In this document: positions 51,839-61,555 of the stretch, piece after piece
Layout: each line of letters starts with the position of its first letter
Numbering within the stretch: position 1 is the stretch's first letter
Assembly (NCBI GenBank): GCA_963702205.1
Contig: OY969724.1
Span: 3,584,001 to 3,648,000, forward strand
Length of the DNA: 64,000 nucleotides
Direction of reading: 5' to 3'
DNA from: an uncultured candidate division Zixibacteria bacterium
Lineage (GTDB): Bacteria; Zixibacteria; MSB-5A5; GN15; PGXB01
Notes under the pieces: generated by a model
The model's database searches: none
Seen by the model: the letters and a program-made list of their open reading frames with translations, nothing else
What the model was told of the DNA's origin: nothing
Position numbers and translations under genes: made by a program

Positions 51839-53179
51839 CTATTCCGTACTGTCGAATTCATCCGGAGGTTCCAGAACTATGGTCGTTCGGTTGGTCCGTC
51901 TAAAATATTTCCGGGCGATTTTCATAATATCATCGGCCGTGACCGCCCTGGTCTTCCGGACGTTATCGAACAGCTTTTTCCAATCACCGCGCACGACCTG
52001 AAACGTCGCTAAATTGGAGGCTGTGCTTCCGTAACCTCTCAGGCTGCGATAAAAATCGGCTTCGATCATATTTTTGGCCTTTTCGAGTTCTCCGGGCGGA
52101 ACCGGTTCGTTTTTCAGTCGGTCCATTTCTTCAAGCATGGCATCTTCGGCGTCTCTGTACGATACACCGTAGTTCATTATTGACCAGATCCCCAGAAGCG
52201 AGGGGTCGGACAAACCGAAATAGTAACCTCCTGAAACGACCGCGAGATCGGTCTCGTTGACCAGCTTTTTATATATCCGCGATGACTCTCCCGCCGCCAG
52301 AAGCTCGATTAAAACCCCCATTGTGGAATTTTCGTCCTGAGACAAGCCCGGCACATGATAAGCGATAATCATCGCGCTGAGGTCGCTGGTTCCTCGGATA
52401 AAGGCCTCGCGTTCACCATCCTGCACCGGCTCAACGGGAATTCTCAACGGCCTGGATTTGGACGTCGGAATCGGTTCGAAGTAGTTCTGCAGGTCAATAA
52501 TCAACTTTTTCGAATCGAAGTCACCGGCCAGGGCCATAACGGCATTACCCGGTGTAAAGAACTCCCGAAAGTGCCTGGTCACGTCATCGACGGTTAAGGA
52601 TGACAAATCCGACGGCCAGCCATAACGCGGGATGCGGTACGGATGCGCCTGATAGGAGAGTGTTCTTATTTCCTGATTAATCCTGCCGTACAGAGTATTT
52701 TCGATTTCCGTGACACGATTCCTGGTTATTGTCTGGCGCGCCGCCACGACTTTTTCGAAAGTAATTTCGGTATTGGCAAGACGGTCCGCTTCCATTTTTA
52801 AAAGAGTATCCAGCATGCTTGAGGGAACCGACGCCGCAAAAAACGAGAAATCCATGCCGGTGGCATACCTCATGGTTCCGCCTCCCGATCTTATGGCTCT
52901 TTCGTATTCCCCCGTTCCGTAATTGGCCGTCCCGTCCTGATATATTTCAGCACACACGTCGGTGATACCGGTATATCCCGGTATCTCGTATTTTGTACCA
53001 ACTTTAAAGATAAGATTCGTCGCTACGAGCGGGACCGAATGATCCTCGTACAAAATGATGGTCATGCCGTTGGACAAGACGGTTTCCGTAACCCGGTCCT
53101 GAGCCCGAAGTACAGGAGTGAAAAGCCCCAAAAGGAAAAGAAATAATATCGGCCGAGGCCTGAAAAGAAATCCCTGCAT
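51839..53179 (-). CDS. M16-family protein, catalytic-type subunit with degenerate zinc motif
   Basis: LSNGMTIILYEDHSVP, FKVGTKYE, GITDVCAEIY where HXXEH is expected, MEADR and HPYRIP. Start codon uncertain. Confidence 0.85.
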   Translation of the reverse strand: MQGFLFRPRPILFLFLLGLFTPVLRAQDRVTETVLSNGMTIILYEDHSVPLVATNLIFKVGTKYEIPGYTGITDVCAEIYQDGTANYGTGEYERAIRSGGGTMRYATGMDFSFFAASVPSSMLDTLLKMEADRLANTEITFEKVVAARQTITRNRVTEIENTLYGRINQEIRTLSYQAHPYRIPRYGWPSDLSSLTVDDVTRHFREFFTPGNAVMALAGDFDSKKLIIDLQNYFEPIPTSKSRPLRIPVEPVQDGEREAFIRGTSDLSAMIIAYHVPGLSQDENSTMGVLIELLAAGESSRIYKKLVNETDLAVVSGGYYFGLSDPSLLGIWSIMNYGVSYRDAEDAMLEEMDRLKNEPVPPGELEKAKNMIEADFYRSLRGYGSTASNLATFQVVRGDWKKLFDNVRKTRAVTADDIMKIARKYFRRTNRTTIVLEPPDEFDSTE

Positions 53180-53307
53180 AGCCATTATATAATCAATCAA
53201 AATCCCTATTTCAACTCAAATTGAGCGATAGCCAAACCACAAGCATGAAACGATTCCGGGAGTGTAATTGTTGCGGAAAACGCCGGGGTCCCGTTTATCG
53301 GGATATA

Positions 53308-54168
53308 TTATTTAAACGGGAAACCGTTTTGGGGATCTTCCTTTGGATGGTAGAAATATCCGCCGTACAGGGAAGTCCCGAAATGGTCGCCGTCTTTGTT
53401 GAAGCGGGTTTGGGCTCCCCCCATATAATCACCGAGGAAATAGCTCAAACCAATCTCGAAATACCCGCCGTTTTTATAGCTGGCGTAGCCGTGCAAATTT
53501 TTATATGGACTGCCTTCGATTCCGTAGGTATAGTCGGCCGAAGATAAACTCTGACCGGTTGAGAGACTGATCTCGACCGAAAACCACAGTGGCAGCGCCT
53601 GGGGACGATACGATATCGAATATATCTCTTCAATATCGGTTTTTTCACCATCGACACGGCTTTTATTAAGATTTGAAAAAAACATGGCGACTTTCATCTG
53701 GGGACTGCTGGCCATCATAAAACCGATATTCCACAAATGCTTATTATTATAAATGCCTGCCGCCTTTTTTACATAAGTGTATGACCCGCCTATATATGTA
53801 TTTCTTCCAAGACCGCTGCCCGTGCCGAAAATATATTCCTCATATCCGGCTCCATCCAGATTGTCCAAACGCCTGTAACCTATCCCGATTCTGTCGCCGC
53901 TTATGACCCCGCCCCAGTTCTTGGCCAGTTTATCGTTGGCATACTCGCCGATCAATAAAAACCTGATCATACTTCCCTGACCGAGCGCGGCCGGATTGGT
54001 CCAGATTCCTTCGACGGCACCGACGGTCGATGCGAACCGATGATAATATACGCCGCCCGGAAGTATCAATCGGTTCTCGGCGCTGACCGGACCGGCTGAC
54101 AGCCCCAGGAATATGGCCAGCGTGATTGTCAGAATTGTTATTGTTGTCTTTCGTCCGCTTATTTTCAT
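53308..54168 (-). CDS. Putative outer-membrane beta-barrel protein
   Basis: Signal peptide, WTNPAALG, Gly/aromatic amphipathic strands. Confidence 0.6.
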   Translation of the reverse strand: MKISGRKTTITILTITLAIFLGLSAGPVSAENRLILPGGVYYHRFASTVGAVEGIWTNPAALGQGSMIRFLLIGEYANDKLAKNWGGVISGDRIGIGYRRLDNLDGAGYEEYIFGTGSGLGRNTYIGGSYTYVKKAAGIYNNKHLWNIGFMMASSPQMKVAMFFSNLNKSRVDGEKTDIEEIYSISYRPQALPLWFSVEISLSTGQSLSSADYTYGIEGSPYKNLHGYASYKNGGYFEIGLSYFLGDYMGGAQTRFNKDGDHFGTSLYGGYFYHPKEDPQNGFPFK

Positions 54169-55214
54169 TTCATTCCTGCGATAGTTATGTCACCCACTCC
54201 ATTTATATCGGCACTGATGACGCTGTTGCCATCGCCCGCGGTCAATTCCATAAATTTGGGTTCTATACGGCCGGGCTTTACGGGTATATCCGTGACATTT
54301 ATTTCCGAGTCGACCCCAACCGACAGGTTGAAGACCGCAGAACTCGTATCCGGGAGAAAAATCTTAACGTTATCGTTTTCATTGTCGATTGAAATATTCG
54401 CGTTATTCAGAGAAATCAGCCCCAGGTCGATCGGACAAAATTCGCCGTAAATTTTCAATTGCCCGTTGTCGGCGGTTGCGTTTTCGATTTTTATTTTACC
54501 GTAGCTGTTTTTAACCTCGACGTTTCCCGAAAGATCATTCAGCGTAATATCACCGCCCTGATTTTGAATCCGCGCCTGTTTATCGGCCGACAAACCGACA
54601 ATACGAATTTCCGAATTTTCGCCTTTTATGTTCACGTCTCCGCCGATGTTGCGGGCGTTAACGTTGCCGCCGGTCATGGTCATATTGATTTTGCCGTCTA
54701 TATCATTCAGCACGTAACGCCCGAAAGATGGTTTGCAGTTCAGTTCTGTCATAGGCCCGGAAATGGCAAAATCAAAATAGGGGCCGTCGATACTTACCCG
54801 GCAACCGATCGGAATAGTGAGTTTGCCTTCAATCTGTACGGAATTGTCGGTTCCGCTCCATGGTTCGGGGTTGGGGGCTTTTAGCAGGAGCCGAACAACC
54901 CCGGCCCGGTTTTCAAAAGCGACGTCTATTTCCCCGGCGTATTCCCGGGCGGTCTTTTCATCTCCGGCTTTGATCAACTTGCGATATTCAAACCCGGCGC
55001 GGTCACCATCTTCGGTAGTAATTTCAATCCGGCCCCTCAAACCGGACGCCGACTGAATTTCGATGGTCATATTGTCGGACGCTTCTGCCACGAGTTCTAT
55101 TCGTGAGCTTATATATCGTCCGCCGCTGCGGGCTATAAGCTCTTCCGCTTTAAGGCCGGGCATAATGAAGACTATCGCAATGACTATTGCTATGAACAGA
55201 TATTTCTTATTCAT
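54165..55214 (-). CDS. DUF4097-like beta-strand repeat (putative adhesin) protein
   Basis: Signal peptide and repeated GxIxI/GDV beta-helix-type units. Confidence 0.75.
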   Translation of the reverse strand: MNKKYLFIAIVIAIVFIMPGLKAEELIARSGGRYISSRIELVAEASDNMTIEIQSASGLRGRIEITTEDGDRAGFEYRKLIKAGDEKTAREYAGEIDVAFENRAGVVRLLLKAPNPEPWSGTDNSVQIEGKLTIPIGCRVSIDGPYFDFAISGPMTELNCKPSFGRYVLNDIDGKINMTMTGGNVNARNIGGDVNIKGENSEIRIVGLSADKQARIQNQGGDITLNDLSGNVEVKNSYGKIKIENATADNGQLKIYGEFCPIDLGLISLNNANISIDNENDNVKIFLPDTSSAVFNLSVGVDSEINVTDIPVKPGRIEPKFMELTAGDGNSVISADINGVGDITIAGMK

Positions 55215-56022
55215 TGTTTACCCCACACAAATTATCATGGATTTGTTTTAAAATTATAGAACCGGCCACGGCGGCATTCAGCGATTCCACGCGGTCGGTG
55301 TGCACTATGCCGACCAATAGCCGGGCGTGTTTTAACACGGGATCGCTTAAACCCCGGGCCTCCGAACCGATAGCGAACAGCAGTCTGCTGCCGGATTTTG
55401 CGCTGAACATAGCTTTATCGATGTTGACCCCACCCTTTTGCGCCCCGAGCAGGATCGATTCATCGTCGCATAATTTCATTAGATCATCAATGGAACCGAC
55501 CGCCAGCTTCTGGCCGAAAATGGCCCCGGCCGACGACCTGATCACCTTGCAGTTGAACGGATCGACCGTCGTGGGCGAAAGTACGACCAGATCGACTCCG
55601 AACGCCAGCGCCGAGCGAATCAGTGTCCCGACGTTACCCGGATCGGCGATATCATCAAGGTATAAAACAAATTTGTCGTTTTCTGAAAGTTCCTTTTTCA
55701 ATTCGAGATCGGGAATTTTGAAAACAGCGACTATGCCTTGTGGTGTGACGCTTTCGGCCAGCTGGTTTATGTCCTTTGAATTGACGGATAGCATCTCGCA
55801 ACCGGACCGTGCCAAAGAATCGACCAGTGCCTTTGCACGGTGGTCAAGGTTGGCTTCGGCAAAAAAAACGCTTTCCGGCAAGAAACGAAATTTGCACGAT
55901 TCTTCGAGGACGCGGATTCCTTCGGCCAGAAACAGCCCGTGATTTTGACGTCCCTTGAGCGTTGCCAGTGATTTTAGCTTTTTCCGTGCCGCCTGGCCAA
56001 GCGAAGACATTTGCCCTTGCAT
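55207..56022 (-). CDS. TrmH/SpoU-family RNA methyltransferase
   Basis: FLAEG, DPGNVGTLIRSA, IGSEARGL and VESLNAAVAG. Confidence 0.93.
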   Translation of the reverse strand: MQGQMSSLGQAARKKLKSLATLKGRQNHGLFLAEGIRVLEESCKFRFLPESVFFAEANLDHRAKALVDSLARSGCEMLSVNSKDINQLAESVTPQGIVAVFKIPDLELKKELSENDKFVLYLDDIADPGNVGTLIRSALAFGVDLVVLSPTTVDPFNCKVIRSSAGAIFGQKLAVGSIDDLMKLCDDESILLGAQKGGVNIDKAMFSAKSGSRLLFAIGSEARGLSDPVLKHARLLVGIVHTDRVESLNAAVAGSIILKQIHDNLCGVNNE

Positions 56023-56076
56023 TCCCTGCTTTAAAGTTTAATATGTAAAAAACAGTACAAAAAAGTCGAATAGCAA

Positions 56077-58702
56077 GTGAAAACTCCGGTTAAATTGCGG
56101 CACGTCCTTTTGGTGACGGCCACAATGAGCATAATTATATCTTCGGTATTCGCCCGAACCGATGTTATCGGATGGGACGGTTCCCGCTATTACGCTCCTA
56201 AGAAGACCGGCACGATCGGGCTCGCCCTGTCCGGCGGGGGCGCCCGGGGTTTGTCGCAAATTGGCATTCTTAAAGCCTTCGAGGAAACCGGCGTGAAGGT
56301 CGACGCCATCGCGGGCACGTCGATCGGCGGAATTATAGGGGGACTGTATGCATCGGGGTACGACGCCGACGAACTCGACAGCATTGTCTCGAAAATCGAC
56401 TTCACCGATCTTTTTTCCAACCGCCCGGAGCGTCGCTCGATGTTTCTCACTCAGCGGCAGGAAAAGGAACGCTATATCGTATCGGTCGGGTTTAACGGCA
56501 TTACGCCGTCTATACCACAGGCGTTGACGGCGGGCCAGAAGCTGTCCGATTTGCTCCTCCGGCTGACCATAAAGCCGAACTACCTGTCGGGCGGGCAGTT
56601 CGACCGGCTCCCGATCCCCTTCTTCCCCGTCACGACCGATATAATTTCCGGCAAACAGGTGGTCCTCAAAGAAGGCAATCTGGCCGACGCCATGCGGGCG
56701 ACGATGGCTTTTCCACTGGCTTTCACCGGGGTCGAGTACGACAACATGGTGCTGATGGACGGCGGGATGCTCAACCCGGTGCCGGTCGGGGTGATTCGCC
56801 AGATCGATCCCGATATCGACCTGATCGTGGCGGTCAACACCACCAGCGACCTGTTGCCGGAAAATAAGATCGATAATCCGATCGATGTGGCCAATCAGGT
56901 CACGACTATCATGACGATGGATAAAAAAACCGCTGCGCTGGCCGAGGCCGACGTCGTGATAGACCCCCCGATCACGCCGTATCAGTCGACCGATTTCGAA
57001 AAATTCAATGCCCTGGTGCAGGCAGGCTATTTGGCGGGTCTCAAGGCGGCGACGGAAATAAATGCCAAAATGGATCAGGAGGATGCGAAGGATTCAGCCT
57101 TGGTTGATACTATTGTCGCCGACAGTAACATTTCGTTCAACATTGAACCTTTTGCATCGCTGGCGCATAAAAAAATATCGCGCGGGCAGTTGCAACGGGC
57201 GATAAATGCCGTCTACCACGAAAACAACCTGTTTTATCTGAAAGTCGAATCGGCCTCGAATACGTCCAACGCCAATGGTGACCGTACGGTAACCCTGCAC
57301 GTATCAGGCGTCCCTTGCCCCGAGACGTCCAATCTCAACGTTCTACTCAAGGGTAATGCCAGCCTCCCCGATTCGGCAATATTGCCCCTGATAGAAAATA
57401 CCGGTGAATATTTGCGGCCCGAATACATCCCGGCCATCCAGGACAGCATCACGGCTCTATACTCCGCGATCGGCCTCGATATGGTGCGATTCAGGAAGAT
57501 CGAGTACGACCCCAATGCATCCAGCCTGATAGTCGATATCGACGAGGGATCGGTCGAACAGATTGACGTCTACGGCAATCATAAAACCAAGGAGTGGCTG
57601 ATACTCGCCAATTTCCCGCTTTCAGTCGGGCATCCGCTCAACTTGCACGACGCCCGTCGCGGTATCGGCACCCTGTACAGCACCGACCTGTTCCACCGGG
57701 TGACGCTGAACGTCCTGCCCGGCGACAGCGGTGCGATAGTGCATATCAACGTCGAAGAAAAAAACGACACGAGGATGCGTTTCGGCTGGAACTGGGACGA
57801 TGAATATCACAGCCAGGAATTCGGCGAGATTCTTAAAAGCAACCTGATGGGCGCCGGTCAGGAGTTTTTGCTCCACGCCCAGTACGCGCCTCGTCGGCAG
57901 ATTTACAGCGTACATCTAAAGGCCGACCGATTCTTTTCGACCTATCTGACGTACAAAGCTGAAGTGTACTATCGCTATCTGGAACGACAGATGTACAACG
58001 ACCGGGCCGAAAAAACATACCGAAACGAGGAAGACCGCTACGGTTTTCAGTTCATATTGGGGCAGCAGATTTCGCGGTTCGGGACGGTTACCGGTGAGAT
58101 CAAGTGGGAAGAAATCGACAACCGCAACTCGGTCACGCGCGAGCTCGACGACACCCGCCTGCGCACGGTGACCCTGCGCTCGCTGGTCGAGACCATCAAT
58201 AAGTACCCCTTCCCTACCCACGGTAAAAAGCACGAGTTTTATGTCGAGTTCGCTGCCGATATTCTGGGCGGTCAGGCGAGCTATACCAAGTTTTTCAGTT
58301 CGGTGGAGTCGTACTTCCCCATCACGCGCTATTTCAATTTCCACCCGAGGCTGGCGATCGGCTGGACGGCCAAGCAATCGGGCATACCGGTTCCGGAAAA
58401 ATTCTACATGGGGGGGCAGTACCTCTTTCGCGGGATATCGTACCGATCAGCTCGTGGGAGACAATACCCTTCTCGGCAATATGGAATTTCGCTTCGCGCT
58501 GCCGTACAAGTTTTATATAACCGGCCGCTATGACATCGGGCAGATGTATAACAACCGCAAAGATATCACGCTGAGAAACCTGCGTCACGGTTACGGAGCG
58601 TCAGTATCGTATGACAGCCCGATCGGACCGATTGACTTCGGCTACGGCAAAGCCGAGCACGAGGACGACCTTATCTATTTCAGCGCGGGACTAAAATTCT
58701 GA
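56077..58702 (+). CDS. Patatin-POTRA-Omp85 barrel protein (PlpD-like), +1 frameshift near 58410-58425
   Basis: GGGARG, GTSIG, DGG, POTRA (GNHKTKEW). The barrel C-terminus SFAGYR...SPIGPIDFGYG...FSAGLKF* is in the next frame (ORF 58241..58702). Confidence 0.85.
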
Positions 58703-58758
58703 ACAACTTTGGCGGATATGAGATGTTGATCAGAAAAATATTATAAAGGAAATAATAC

Positions 58759-60297
58759 TTGGAAGAAAATAACCTGGCCTGGACTGATGACAACCGGCAC
58801 ATAGTCCGAACCGTTTTTATGCTGGTGGGCGTCGGCGTTCTTATCAGATTGATATTCATGGGCATCATGGATGCTATCCCGGAAGAAGCGTACTATTGGA
58901 GCTATGCGCAGCATTTCGACATCGGCTACCTCGATCACCCGCCGATGGTGGCCTGGCTGATCTGGCTGTCGACGTCGATTTTCGGCACCAGTGAATTCGC
59001 GGTGCGTCTGCCCGCCTTCATCGGGTGGCTTGTTTTCGCGGGATTTCTTTTTAAGTACAGCGTCAATCTCTTAAGCAGACGGGCGGCGTATCTTGTACTC
59101 ATTCTGGCGGCGCTTTTGCCGGTGTACTTCTCTATTGGGTACATGATGACCCCCGACGCCCCGATGTATGTTTTTTGGATGGCCTGTCTTTTCTTTATCG
59201 AGCGGGCTCTTGTAGCCGGACAGAGATCGGCCTGGTGGGCGGTCGGGATTTGCATGGGTCTCGGGCTGCTATCCAAGTACAGCATCGGTCTGCTCGGGCT
59301 GGCGACAATTGCCTATATGATCCTCGATAAAAATTCGTGGCACTGGTGGAAAAAACCGGAGCCGTATCTGGCGGCCGTGCTGGCCCTGCTTATATTCTCA
59401 CCGGTTTTGTACTGGAACTATCATCACGCCTGGATGTCGTTCATGTTTCAGGGGCCGCGCCGCTGGAGCGGGAGGATGAGCTTCTCGGTGCACTTATTAC
59501 TCGGCGGCGCGATTGTGCTTTTATCCCCCGTCGGGCTGTACGATGCGCTCCGGGGGCTTTTCAGAAAAAAAGCCTATGGCAGTTCCGGCAAAACGTCAGA
59601 TATCGATATTAAAAGAAAATTCTTCTTCGTCCTCACATTCACCATGGTGCCGCTTCTTGTGTTCGTCATCAACAGCTTCCGCAGTCAGCCCAAACTCAAC
59701 TGGACCGGCCCCGTCTGGCTGGCGGTGCTGCCGGTGGTGGGACTGATGATGACCAAACTTAAAACCGTACAAGACGTTCAAAAACTGGTTCTGCGGAGAG
59801 CCTGGTCGATTACATTCGCCGTGCTGATCTTTATCTTCGCGGGCGGCTTCACGTACATCGTGCTCGGCATGCCCGGCGTGCACGCCAATGAACTGGCTTT
59901 ACCCACCGGCTGGGAGGAACTTTACAAGCAGGTCGATGTCATCGCGAAAAATCTTGAAGTTCAGACGCATGAAGCCCCGGTCATTGTCGGTATGGATCAT
60001 TACTGGATCACCAGCGAGATGGCATTCTATGGAAAACGCTTAAAGAGTACACCGTTTGAAGTTGCGGGTCGGCATCTGTTCGACGACAACAGCCTGATGT
60101 GGGACTTCTGGGCGCCGAAAGATAAAATGCTCGGCAGGAATATGGTCGTAGTCGGGTTCGACAAAGAGGACGTGGAAAAAGAGCAGGTCGCAAGCCATTT
60201 TGAAAGTCTCGGCGACGTCCACCACGACCCGATTAAAAAGGACGGCGAGATCATGAGCTGGTTCTATTGGCGAATCGGATACGGTTATAAATATTGA
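58759..60297 (+). CDS. ArnT/PMT-like GT-C glycosyltransferase (family 39/83)
   Basis: EEAYYW, GYLDHPPMVAW, TPDAP, GLLSKY and multiple TM helices. Confidence 0.88.
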   Translation: MEENNLAWTDDNRHIVRTVFMLVGVGVLIRLIFMGIMDAIPEEAYYWSYAQHFDIGYLDHPPMVAWLIWLSTSIFGTSEFAVRLPAFIGWLVFAGFLFKYSVNLLSRRAAYLVLILAALLPVYFSIGYMMTPDAPMYVFWMACLFFIERALVAGQRSAWWAVGICMGLGLLSKYSIGLLGLATIAYMILDKNSWHWWKKPEPYLAAVLALLIFSPVLYWNYHHAWMSFMFQGPRRWSGRMSFSVHLLLGGAIVLLSPVGLYDALRGLFRKKAYGSSGKTSDIDIKRKFFFVLTFTMVPLLVFVINSFRSQPKLNWTGPVWLAVLPVVGLMMTKLKTVQDVQKLVLRRAWSITFAVLIFIFAGGFTYIVLGMPGVHANELALPTGWEELYKQVDVIAKNLEVQTHEAPVIVGMDHYWITSEMAFYGKRLKSTPFEVAGRHLFDDNSLMWDFWAPKDKMLGRNMVVVGFDKEDVEKEQVASHFESLGDVHHDPIKKDGEIMSWFYWRIGYGYKY

Positions 60298-60313
60298 TAA
60301 TCCGATTTCGCGG

Positions 60314-60367
60314 GTAGGTCAAGCCTCCATACCAAATGCCCTGAGCGAAGCCATGGGGAGGCTTCAC
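60314..60367 (+). repeat. GTAG-type REP-like hairpin with nested element
   Basis: GTAG-GTCAAGCCTCC...GGAGGCTTCAC enclosing GCCCTGAGCGAAGCCATGGG. Confidence 0.5.
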
Positions 60368-60442
60368 ATCTATGATTCATCTATGAATTAACAATGTCAA
60401 ATCTCTAAGGAGATTTGATCTCAGCCGTATGACCGAAATATT

Positions 60443-61543
60443 TCATCTATTTCTATTAATATGTCCACAGCGAGTTACAGAGCCATCAATTATCTTTCCA
60501 TCTTTCATGATAGTAATGGTTGAGCCAATTTTTGCAGGTCTATCTTGATAGGCCTTGGTTGATGTCATTTCTTTTGGATATTCCACGTTTACATCACCAC
60601 AATACTTTAACATACCATTATCATCAAATATCATATGGAATATTAACATAATTCCCGCATTTGGCAGAGAGTTTGGTGCATCGCAGTCTTGAACAAAAGT
60701 GATTCCATTCATGCCAGCTCGCAGTTCGGGAATAAATTCAAAAGCAAAAGAAATTTCGTCGCCTTTAGCCATTGGTAATTTTTCAGGACTCGATACGCCA
60801 ATATATTTCGAATTTGAAAATCGGAACGCTGTACTGCCAATTTCGGACAAATCTTGATTTGCTTTCAAGGTATAGTAAATAGTCGACTTCTCCCCTATTT
60901 TGGGAATAGGCTTAACGACCGCTCTAGTTTGAAAAGGTTGATATGGCGGTATGCCTCGATGTCTGTCCATTATGATTATAGAGTCCTGATTAAAAAATAT
61001 ATTCCGAAAGCCATACTTTGAGCAATTTAGTTTTGGCCGTAATGCCGGATACATTTCCCATCTGTCTAAATAGTTAAGTATACCATCTTCATCAAAACAA
61101 TAGCCGAATGCAATACCACTGCAATGATAATCAAAATACTCGCTCAAATAAATAGAGATACCGCCATAACCTGCCATATAAGGCATAAAGATAATATCAC
61201 CTTCTAATTTATCGCCAATTTCGTGTTTACCCGGCCAATCCAACGATGAGTCGCTTAATAATATAGTATTGGCAAAACAATCCAACTTAATGGTCCAATC
61301 CTTGTTTGAATAATATCCCTCATTTATTACTTCCAACGTAAAATGGACCTTATTGGGAACGGCTGGAATAGGTACATTTTCAAATTGGAAACTTCCAATA
61401 AATGGTCTTGGTTCTTTACCAAAATTACTGAGATATAATGAATCGTAATCGGATATGTTGGTTTTTATTTCCCCGGCTGTAATTTCGCCGGCCATTGAAA
61501 TGCAATTCAATAGAGTACAAAATGCTAGTATTGCCAATTTCAT
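60443..61543 (-). CDS. Secreted hypothetical protein with an internal two-fold repeat
   Basis: Signal peptide, AT-rich. Two similar halves (PIPAVPNKVHFTL...FDEDGILNY and PIPKIGEKSTIYYTL...FDDNGMLKY). Confidence 0.65.
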   Translation of the reverse strand: MKLAILAFCTLLNCISMAGEITAGEIKTNISDYDSLYLSNFGKEPRPFIGSFQFENVPIPAVPNKVHFTLEVINEGYYSNKDWTIKLDCFANTILLSDSSLDWPGKHEIGDKLEGDIIFMPYMAGYGGISIYLSEYFDYHCSGIAFGYCFDEDGILNYLDRWEMYPALRPKLNCSKYGFRNIFFNQDSIIIMDRHRGIPPYQPFQTRAVVKPIPKIGEKSTIYYTLKANQDLSEIGSTAFRFSNSKYIGVSSPEKLPMAKGDEISFAFEFIPELRAGMNGITFVQDCDAPNSLPNAGIMLIFHMIFDDNGMLKYCGDVNVEYPKEMTSTKAYQDRPAKIGSTITIMKDGKIIDGSVTRCGHINRNR

Positions 61544-61555
61544 ATCGCTTTGACC

